Below, piece after piece: positions 22,506-32,676 of a stretch of DNA of 34,315 bases. Numbering within the stretch: position 1 is the stretch's first letter; each line of letters begins with the position of its first letter. Location: contig CM075987.1 of assembly GCA_038087875.1 (NCBI GenBank), forward strand, positions 28,460,001 through 28,494,315, in the 5' to 3' direction. The translations under genes were made by a program, and so were the position numbers. The notes below the pieces were generated by a model that had not been told where the DNA came from, searched no databases, and saw nothing but the letters and a program-made list of their open reading frames with translations. The DNA comes from Malacoraja senta (Eukaryota).

Positions 22506-23966
22506 CAGGAGGATCGGGCCTGGGAACTTGATATTCAGGGTTATACATCCTATAGAAAGGACAGGCAGGTGGGCAGAGGAGGGGGGGGGGGGTAGCTCTG
22601 CTTGTGAGGGAGGGAATTCAGTCCCTTGCGAGGGAAGACATAGGGACTGACGAGGTAGAGTCACTGTGGATCGAGTTGAGGAATTGTAAAGGCAAGAAGA
22701 CACTAATTGGTGTTATCTACAGACCCCCAAATAGTAGCCGGATGTAGGGTGTAAGTTGCAGCAGGAGTTAAAACTGGCATGTAACAAAGGTAAAGCCACT
22801 GTGGTGATGGGGGATTTCAATATGCAGGTAGACTGGGAAAATCAGGTTGGTTCAGGACCCCAAGAAAGAGAGTTTGTAGAATGCCTCCGAGATGGATTCT
22901 TAGAGCAGCTTGTAATGGAGCCGACCAGAGAAAAGGCAATGCTGGATTTAGTGTTGTCCAATGAACCAGATATGATAAGAGAACTCGAGGTAAAGGAACC
23001 GCTTGGAGGTAGTGATCATAATATGATTAGTTTTAATCTGCAATTTGAGAAGGAGAACGTTAAATCAGAAGTGTCAGTGATGCAGTTGAACAAAGGGGAC
23101 TATGAAGGCATGAGAGGGGAGCTGGCCAAGGTAGACTGGAAAGGGATCCTAGCAGGAATGACAGTGGAACAGCAATGGCAAGAATTTCTGGGATTTATCC
23201 GGAAGACACAGGATCATTTCATTCCAAAAAGGAAGAAAAATTCTAAGGGGAGTAGGAGGCAACCGTGGCTGACAAGAGGAGTTCGGGATAGAATAAAACT
23301 AAAAGAAAAGATGTATAACACAGCAAAGAGTAGCCGGAAGCCAGAGGATTGGGAAACTTTCATAGGACAACAGAAGGAAACAAAACGGGCAATACGGGCT
23401 GAAAAGATGAAGTACGAGGGGAAGTTGGCCAGGAATATAAAGAAGGACAGTAAAAGATTCTTTAGATATGTTAAGGGAAAAAGAGTAGCAAAGTCAAATG
23501 TGGGTCCCTTGAAGGCAGACACGGGTGAAATTATTATGGGCAACAAGGAAATGGCAGAAGAGTTGAATAGGTACTTCGGATCTGTCTTCACTAAGGAAGA
23601 CACAAACAATCTCCCAGAAGTACTGGAGGACAGAGGATCTAAGGGGGTAGAGGAACTGAAAGAAATACTCATTAGGCGAGAAATAGTATTGGGTAGGCTA
23701 ATGGGACTGAAGGATGATAAATCCCCTGGACCTGATGGTCTGCATCCCAGGGTCCTCAGGGAGGTGGCTCTAGAAATAGTGGATGCATTGGTGATCATTT
23801 TCCAATGTTCAATAGATTCAGGATCTGTTCCTGTGTATTGGAGGATAGCTAATGTTATCCCACTTTTCAAGAAAGGAGCGAGAGAGAAAACGGGGAATTA
23901 CAGACCAGTTAGCCTGACTTTGGTGGTGGGAAAGATGCTGGAGTCAATTATTAAAGAGGTAATAAT

Positions 23967-25383
23967 TGGGGAATTACAGACCAGTTAGTCTAACATCGGT
24001 AGTGGGGAAACTGCTAGAGTCAGTTATTAAAGATGGGATAGCAGCACATTTGGAAAGTGGTGAAATCATTGGACAAAGTCAGCATGGATTTACGAAAGGT
24101 AAATCGTGTCTGACGAATCTTATAGAATTTTTCGAGGATGTAACTAGTAGAGTGTATAGGGCAGAACCAGTGGATGTGTTGTATCTGGACTTTCAGAAGG
24201 CTTTCGACAAGGTACCACATAAGAGATTAGTATACAAACTTATAGCACACGGTATTGGAGGTTCTGTATTGATGTGGATAGAGAACTGGCTGGCAAACAG
24301 GAAGCAAAGAGTAGGAGTAAACGGGTCCTTTTCACAATGGCAGGCAGTGACTAGTGGGGTACCGCAAGGCTCAGTGCTGGGACCCCAGCTATTTACAATT
24401 TATATTAATGAACTGGATGAGGGAATTGAAGGCAACATCTCCAAGTTTGTGCATGACACTAAGCTGTGGGGCAGTGTTAGCTGTGAGGAGGATGCTAGGA
24501 GACTGCAAGGTGAGTTGTATATGCTGGTTGAGTGGGCAAATGTTTGGCAGATGCAGTATAATGTGGATAAATGTGAGGTTATCCACTTTGGTGGCAAAAA
24601 CAGGAAAGCAGACTATTATCTAAATGGTGGCCGATTAGGAAATGGGGAGATGCAGCGAGACCTGGGTGTCATGGTACACCAGTCATTGAAAGTAGGCATG
24701 CAGGTGCAGCAGGCAGTGAAGAAAGCAAATGGTATGTTAGCTTTCATAGCAAAAGGATTTGAGTATAGGAGCAGGGAGGTTCTACTGCAGTTGAACAGGG
24801 TCTTGGTGAGACCACACCTGGAGTATTGCGTACAGTTTTGGTCTCCAAATCTGAGGAAGGACATTATAGCCATAGAGGGAGTGCAGAGAAGGTTCACCAG
24901 ACTGATTCCTGGGATGTCAGGACTTTCATATGAAGAAAGACTGGATAGACCTGGCTTATACTCGCTAGAATTTAGGAGATTGAGAGGGGATCTTATAGAA
25001 ACGTACAAAATTCTTATGGGGTTGGACAGGCTAGATGCAGGAAGATTGTTCCTGATGTTGGGGAAGTCCAGGACAAGGGGTCACAGCTTAAGGATAAGGG
25101 GGAAATCCTTTAAGACCGAGATGAGGAAAAACATTTTCACACAGAGAGTGGTGAATCTCTGGAACTCTCTGCCACAGAGGGTAGTTGAGGCCAGTTCATT
25201 GGCTATATTTAAGAGGGAGTTAGATGTGGCCCTTGTGGCTAAAGGGATCAGGGGGTATGGAGAGAAGGCAGGTACGGGATACTGAGTTGGATGATCAGCC
25301 ATGATCATATTGAATGGCGGTGCAGGCTCGAAGGGCCGAATGGCCTACTCCTGCACTTATTTTCTATGTATCTATGTATCTAT
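23967..25383 (+). mobile_element. 5'-truncated CR1 (second subfamily) inserted into CR1 copy 2
   Basis: Open 439-aa RT/C-terminal frame (FADD altered to FVHD), (tctatgta)n tail, 8-bp TSD gtaataat (23959-23966, 25384-25391); absent from copies 1 and 3. Confidence 0.95.
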
Positions 25384-25999
25384 GTAATAATAGGGCATTT
25401 GAATAGCAGTAAAAGGATTAGTCCAAGTCAACATGGATTTATGAAAGGGAAATCATGCTTGACCAATCTTCTGGAATTGTTTGAGGATGTGAAGTAAAAT
25501 AGATGAAGGGGAGCCATTGGATGTAGTGTATCTAGAGTTTCAGAAAGCCTTTGATAAGGTCCCACACTGGAGACTGGTGACTAAAATTAGAGCATATGGT
25601 ATTGGGGGTAGGGTGTTGACATGGATAGAAAATTGGTTGGCAGACAGGAAACAAAGAGTGGGAGTGAACGGGTCCTTTTTAGAATGGCAGGCAGTTGCGA
25701 GTGGAGTGCCACAAGGCTCAGTGTTGGGGCCGTAACTGTTTACCATATATATTAATGATTTGGAAGACGGAATTAGGAGCAACACTAGCAAGTTGGGTGG
25801 CAGTGTGAACTGTGATGAGGATGTTAGGAGGTTGCAGGGTGACCTGGACAGGTTGAGTGAGTGGGCAGATGCGTGGCAGATGCAGTATAATATAGATAAA
25901 TGTGAGGTTATCTACTTTGGCGGCAAAAACAAGGGGGCAGATTATTATCTCAATGGGGTTAGGTTAGGTAAGTGGAAGTACAGCGAGACCCGGGTGTCC

Positions 26000-26473
26000 T
26001 TTTTTTTTAAAGTATTTTAATTTTATTCGAAGTAAGTACAATTGTATACAATCATATTTTCATAATACCTTTTATGTACAGCTTCTTATTTAAAAAATTT
26101 TTTGTAATAAAGAAGAAAAAGAAAAAAGTTAGATAATGAAAAATAGAAAAATGTGAGATATATAGTGTGTGAAAAAGAAAAATAAAGAGTGAAAAAAGAA
26201 AGTTGAGACATAGAAAATAGAAGAAAGAGAATAAAAGAAGAGAAGAGAAGAAAAGAAAATAGAAGTAAGGAAATCATTTATAAACTTGACCATCCCCAGT
26301 CACGGATTAGCTTTTACACCTGTTTTGCACCATATGTTTCCAAAAAGACGACAAATGGAGACCAACTCGTTATGAATTGGTCAAATTTATCTATTAGGAG
26401 CAATCGCATTTCCTCAAGATGTGCGGTATCCAACATACTTGCAATCCACATTTTGAGCGTTGGTATTGGTGTA
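26000..26473 (-). mobile_element. L1-clade LINE 3' end (ORF2 C-terminus, 3' UTR, poly(A))
   Basis: Minus translation PIPTLKMWIASMLDTAHLEEMRLLLIDKFDQFITSWSPFVVFWETYGAKQV* ('P....W........E.........F...W.PF' L1 terminus); T-rich UTR, aataaa and A tail; absent from copies 1 and 3. Confidence 0.82.
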
Positions 26474-26598
26474 TTGTACACCGATCACTGAAAGTTGGCG
26501 TGCAGGTACAGCAGGCAGTGAAGAAAGCTAATGGAATGTAGACAAAAGTGCTGGAGAAACTCAGTGGGTGCAGCAGCATCTATGGTGCGAAGGAAATA

Positions 26599-26632
26599 GG
26601 CGACGTTTCGGGCCAAAACCCTTCTTCAGATG
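26599..26632 (-). ncRNA. Minimal type I hammerhead ribozyme motif, core intact
   Basis: Reverse complement catCTGAAGAagggttttggcccGAAACGTCgcc: CUGANGA, stem II, GAAA, palindromic ACGU helix III, GUC triplet. Confidence 0.7.
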
Positions 26633-27386
26633 GATGTAGGATGGGGGTGGGAGGGGGGTGGGAGGGGTGGGGAGAAGAAAGGAGAAAGATGGAGGAGGAG
26701 CCCAAGGGCTGAGCGAGAGCTGAGAAGGGGAGGAGACAGCAAGGGCTACCGGATATTGGAGAAGTCAATGTTCATGCCACTAGGGTGCAAACTGCCCAAG
26801 CGGAATATGAGGTGCTGCTCCTCCAATTTCCGGTGGGCCTCACTCTGGCCATGGAGGAGGCCCAGGGCAGAAAGGTCAGATTCGGAATGGGAGAGGGAGA
26901 TGAAGTGCTGAGCCACCGGGATATCAGGTTAGTTAATGCGGACCGAGCGGAGGTGTTCGGCGAAACGATCGCCAAGCCTACTCTTGGTCTCACCGATGTA
27001 GATCAGCTGACATCTAGAGCAGCGGATGCAATAGGTGAGGTTGGAGGAGGTGCAGGTGAACCTCTGCCGCACCTGGAACGACTGCTTGGGTCCTTGGATG
27101 GAGTCGAGGGGGGAGGTAAAACGACAAGTGTAGCTTTTCTTGCAGTTGCAAGGGAAAGTGCCCGGGGAGGGGTGGTGCGGGAGGGAAGGGAAGAATTGAC
27201 AAGGGAGTTACGGAGGGAGCGGTCTTTGCGGAAAGCAGACAAGGGGGGAGATGGGAAGATGTGGCCAGTGGTGGGGTCACTTTGGAGGTGGCGAAAATGT
27301 CGGAGGACTATTTGTTGTATGTGACGCCTAGTGGGGTGAAAGGTGAGGACTAGGGGAACTCTGCCCTTGTTCCCCTAGTCCTCACC

Positions 27387-27877
27387 GCGTTCCGGGGCTG
27401 CGGTGGCGTTCCGGCGGTGGCGACCGAGGACGCTGGTGGCGACCTGAGTCCGGAGGCTCGGCCGCGGCCCCGGTGGACGACATCGTCGGGAGCTCGCAGG
27501 TCACAGGTTGGTGTCCTGTTTTTCTGGGGCTCCCGCAACTACAGCTGCGTCCGCTGGACTGGAGGGCGGCAGCTTCGGCAGCTTCGACCACCCCGAGTTT
27601 GAACCGGCCCGTCGTGGCCCATCACCCGGCTGGGCCACAACATCAGAAACCTGGATCGCCTCAGCACAGAGTGAAAACAAAGACGGAAGAGACAGAGACT
27701 TTAAGACTTTTTCCTCCATCACAGTGAGGAGGTGCCTAGTGAACTCACTGTGGTGGATGTTAATTTGTGTTTATTGTGTGTTTTGTTATTTATTATATGT
27801 ATGACTGCAGGCAACGAAATGTCGTTCAGACCGAAAGGTCTGAATGACAATAAAGGAATCTAAGTCTAAGTCTAAAA
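27387..27877 (+). mobile_element. Non-coding, CpG-rich retroposed insertion with Rex1/Babar-like 3' end
   Basis: Absent from PLE copies 1 and 3; ends in a 12-bp hairpin with GAAA loop (27821-27848), aataaa and (tctaag)n tail. Confidence 0.75.
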
Positions 27878-30294
27878 GTTATGAGTGGGGGGATAGGGAG
27901 AGAGAGCAGTGTTACGGGGTATAGAAGAGACCCTGGTGAGAGCCTCATCTATAGTAGGGGAGGGGAACGCCCATTCCCTGAAGAATGTGGACATCTCCGT
28001 TGCCCTGGTGTGGAACACCTCATCCTGGGAGCAGATGCGGAATAGGGGATGGAGTCCTTACAAGAAGCAGGGTGGGAAGAAGTGTAGTCTAGATAGCCAT
28101 AGGGAGTCAGTGGGTTTATAGTGGATGTCGGTCAAAAATCTATCACCTGCGATGGAGATCGTGAGGTCAAGGAATGGCAGCGAAGTGTCGGAAATGGTCC
28201 AGGTGTATTTGAGTGCCAGATGGAAGTTAGTGGTGAAATGGATGAAGTCAGTGTGGGTGCAGGAGGTATCACCAATGCAGTCATCAATGTAGCAGAGGAA
28301 GAGGTCGGGGATGGGGCCCTGGTACGTCTCGAACAAGGATTGTTCTACGTACCCTACAAAGAGACAGGCGTAGCTGGGGCCCATGCGCGTGCCCCTAGCT
28401 GCGCTTTGTATTTGGAGGAAATGGGAGGAGTCAAACGAGAAGTTATTAAGGGTAAGGACCAGCTCCGCTAGGCGGAGGAGAGTATCTGTAGACGGGGATT
28501 GGTTGGTTCTCCGGTCAAGGAAGAACCGGAGGGCTTTGAGACCATCCTGGTGGGGGATGGAGTTGTAGAGTGACTGGACATCCATGGTGAAGATGAGGGG
28601 ATGGGGGCCTAGAGAATGGAATGCCCGGAGATGACGGAGAGTGTTTGAGGTGTCTTGAACATAGGTAGGGAGGGATTTAACCAGGGGGGATAGGATGGAG
28701 TCGAGGTATGTGGAAATGAGTTCGGTGGGGCACGTACAGGCAGACAATGGGTCTACCAGGACAGTCAGGTTTGTGGATTTTGGGGAGAAGGTAAAATCGG
28801 GCCGTGCGGGGCTGGGGAACGATGAGGTTGGAGGCTTGGGAGTTGGAGTTGATGAAGTCAGTGATGGTGCTGGAGATAGTGGCCTGGTGCTCGTCTGTGG
28901 GGTCATGGTCCAGGGGTAATTAGGAGGAGGTGTCTGAGAGTTGGCGCGTGGCCTCAGCTTTGTAGAGATCGACGCGCCAGACTACCACGGCACCTCCCTT
29001 GTCGGCGTGTTTGATCAGCCTGTCTGGGTTGTTGCGGAGTGAGTCGATGGCTGTACGTTCAGGGGGGGAGAGGTTGGAGTGAGACATGGGAGTGGAGAAG
29101 TTGAGGGGGTTGATGTCCCGCTGGCAGTTTTGAATAAAATGGTCTAAAGCCGGAAGGCCATGAGCGGGGGTCCAAGAGGAGGGGGTCCGTTGGAGACGGG
29201 AAAAGGGATCAACAATAGGGGGCGAGGACTCCTTCCCATGGAAGAACGCAGTGAGGAGGAGGCGACGGTAGAAGAGCTCCAAGTCTGGTGGGGGCGGAAC
29301 TCATTGAGCTAGTGGAATGTTGGCCTTCATAACAAGAGGATTTCAGTATAGGAGTAAAGAGGTTCTTCTGCAGTTGTATAGGGCTCTGGTGAGACCACAT
29401 CTGGAGTATTGTGTACAGTCTTTGTCTCCTAATTTGAGGAAGGACATCCTTGTGATTGAGGCAGTGCAGCGTAGGTTCACAAGATTGATCCCTGGGATGG
29501 CGGGACGGTCATATGAGGAAAGATTGAAAAAACTAGGCTTGTATTCACTGGAGTTTAGAAGGATGAGGGATTATCTTATAGAAACTTATAAAATTATAAA
29601 AGGACTGGACAAGCTAGATGCAGGAAAAATGTTCCCAATGTTGGGCGAGTCCAGAAGCAGGGGCCACAGTCTTAGAATAAAGGGGAGGCCATTTAAGACT
29701 GAGGTGAGAAGAAACTATTTCACCCAGAGAGTTGTGAATTTGTGGAATTCCCTGCCACAGAGGGCAGTGGAGGCCAAAACACTGGATGGATTTAAGAGAG
29801 AGTTAGATAGAGGTCTAGGGGCTAGTGAAGTCAAGGGATATGGGGAGAAGGCAGGCACAGGTTATTGAATGTGGACGATCAGCCATGATCACAATGAATG
29901 GTGGTGCTTGCTCAAAGGGACGAATGGCCTCCTCCTGCACCTATTTTCTATGTTTCTGCGTTTCTTAATAAACAGACATGCACTTGCAAGCCATTGAGGC
30001 CTTTGCAATTGAAGCCCTGTTTTAATTGCCTGCATTCTGCATATTTAATGTGGTCCTTCTTGAAGATAGGATTCACAGTTCAAAACAAACAGCGGACAAA
30101 CAATACATGAGTTAATTGCCTGTCCTCATGCATATTTACTCTTTGGGCTTTTGGAGACAGGATTCAACCGGCAAACACATAACGTGTGAAAGTTTTCTGC
30201 AACCTTACGTTTCCAGCTGCAAACCAACTTCAAACGTTTTATTTAATGCAAAATAAAGACCTTTCACATCAGTGAGACTGTCAATTTTATTTTT

Positions 30295-30522
30295 GAAAAG
30301 GGAGGGAGAGGGAAAACGGGGAATTACAGACCAGTTAGTCTAACATCGGTAGTGGGAAAACTGCAAGAGTCAGTTATTAAAGATGGGATAGCAGCACATT
30401 TGGAAAGTGGTGAAATCATTGGACAAAGTCAGCATGGATATATGAAAGGTAAATCATGTCTGACGAATCTTATATAATTTTTCGAGGATGTAACTAGTAG
30501 CGTGGATAAGGGAGAACCAGTC
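30295..30522 (+). mobile_element. CR1 RT fragment ending at the second array junction
   Basis: Paralog of 22278-22505. Confidence 0.9.
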
Positions 30523-32676
30523 CAGGAGGATCGGGCCTGGGAACTTGATATTCAGGGTTATACATCCTATAGAAAGGACAAGGTACACAAAAATGCTGGA
30601 GAAACTCAGCGGGTGCAGCAGCATCTATGGAGCGAAGGAAATAGGTAACGTTTCGGGCCTATAGAAAGGACAGGCAGGTGGGCAGAGGAGGGGGGGTAGC
30701 TCTGCTGGTGAGGGAGGGAATTCAGTCCCTTGCGAGGGAAGACATAGGGACTGACGAGATAGAGTCACTGTGGATTGAGTTGAGGAATTGTAAAGGCAAG
30801 AAGACACTACTTGGTGTTATTTACAGACCACCAAATAGTAGCCGGATGTAGGGTGTAAGTTGCAGCAGGAGTTAAAACTGGCATGTAACAAAGGTAATGC
30901 CACTGTGGTGATGGGGGATTTCAATATGCAGGTAGACTGGGAAAATGAGGTTGGTTCAGGACCCTAAGAAAGAGAGTTTGTAGAATGCCTCCGAGATGGA
31001 TTCTTAGAGCAGCTTGTAATGGAGCCGACCAGAGAAAAGGCAATTCTGGATTTAGTGTTGTCCAATGAACCAGATATGATAAGAGAACTCGAGGTAAAGG
31101 AACCGCTTGGAGGTAGTGATCATAATATGATTAGTTTTAATCTGCAATTTGAGAAGGAGAAGGTTAAATTGGAAGTGGCAGTGATGCAGTTGAACAGTGG
31201 AACAGCAATGGCAGGAATTTCTGGGCATAATCCGGAAGACACAGGATCATTTCATTCCAAAAATGAAGAAAGATTCTAAGGGGAGTAGGAGGCAACCGTG
31301 GCTGACAAGAGAAGTTTGGGATAGAATAAAACTGAAAGAAAAAATGTATAACACAGCAAAGAGTAGCCGGAAGCCAGAGGATTGGGAAACTTTCATAGGA
31401 CAACAGAAGGAATCAAAACGGGCAATACGGGCTGAAAAGATGAGGTATGAAGGGAAGCTGGCCAGGAATATAAAGAAGGACAGTAAAAGCTTCTTTAGAT
31501 ATGTTAAGGGAAAAAGAGTAGCAAAGTCAAATGTGGGTCCCTTGAAGGCAGACACGGGTGAAATTATTATGGGCAACAAGGAAATGGCAGAAGAGTTGAA
31601 TAGGTACTTCGGATCTGTGTTCACTAAGGAAGACACAAACAATCTCCCAGATGTACTGGAGGACAGAGGATCTAAGGGGGTAGTGGAACTGAAAGAAATT
31701 GTCATTAGGCGAGAAATAGTATTGGGTAGGCTAATGGGACTGAAGGATGATAAATCCCCTGGACCTGATGGTCTGCATCCCAGGGTCCTCAGGGAGGTGG
31801 CTCTAGAAATAGTGGATGCATTGGTGATCATTTTCCAATGTTCAATAGATTCAGGATCAGTTCCTGTGGATTGGAGGATAGCTAATGTTATCCCACTTTT
31901 CAAGAAAGGAGCGAGAGAGAAAACGGGGAATTACAGACCGGTTAGCCTGACTTCGGTGGTGGGAAAGATGCTGGAGTCAATTATTAAAGTGGTAATAATG
32001 GGGCATTTGGATAGCAGTAAAAGGATTAGTCCAAGTCAGCATGGATTTATGAAAGGAAAATCATGCTTGACCAATCTTCTGGAATTGTTTGAGGATGTGA
32101 CAAGTAAAATGGATGAAGGGGGGCCAGTGGATGTAGTGTATCTTGATTTTCAGAAAGCCTTTGATAAGGTCCCGCACGCAAGACTGGTGACTAAAATTAG
32201 AGCACATGGTATTGGGGATAGGGTGTTGACATGGATAGAAAATTGGTTGGCAGACAGGAAGCAAAGAGTAGGAGTGAACGGGTCCTTTTCAGAATGTCAG
32301 ACAGTGGCGAGTGGAGTGCCGCAAGGCTCGGTGTTGGGGCCGTAACTGTTTACCATATATATTAATGAATTGGAAGAGGGAATTAGGAGCAACACTAGCA
32401 AGTTGGGTGGCAGTGTGAACTGTGATGAGGATGTTAGGAGGTTGCAGGGTGACCTGGACAGGTTGAGTGAGTGGGCAGATGCGTGGCAGATGCAGTATAA
32501 TATAGATAAATGTGAGGTTATCCACTTTGGCGGCAAAAACAAGGGGGCAGATTATTATCTCAATGAGGTTAGGTTAGGAAAGGCGGAGGTACAGCGAGAC
32601 CTGGGTGTCCTTGTACACCGGTCACTGAAAGTTGGCGTGCAGGTACAGCAGGCAGTGAAGAAAGCTAATGGAATGT
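30523..32676 (+). mobile_element. CR1 ORF2 copy 3 (to the PLE insertion site)
   Basis: ORFs 31019..31279, 31197..32345, 32370..32678; private ~70-bp deletion near 31196; shared FADDTK deletion. Confidence 0.95.
30581..30657 (-). mobile_element. 77-bp PLE tail-only insertion
   Basis: Reverse complement cccgaaacgttacc...catttttgtgtacct matches the end of 15865-17011; perfect 15-bp flanking repeat cctatagaaaggaca (30566-30580, 30658-30672). Confidence 0.92.

Larger units (their letters stand above)
26540..29306 (-). mobile_element. Penelope-like element (Neptune type), copy 2
   Basis: Paralog of 18978-21289 with the same ends and TSD (26526-26539, 29307-29320); RT in ORF 28058..28906 (MDVQSLY...YIDD). 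Confidence 0.95.
22506..29965 (+). mobile_element. CR1 ORF2 copy 2 with nested CR1, L1 and PLE insertions
   Basis: ORF 22756..23988 (MGDFN...SDH...RT start), resumes at 25384, 26474 and 29307; C-terminus ORF 29317..29868 is near-identical to 21300..21851. Confidence 0.95.

Noticed and set aside
23966..25285. Active reverse transcriptase gene
   Set aside because: 5'-truncated with no endonuclease or promoter, and FADD is altered to FVHD.
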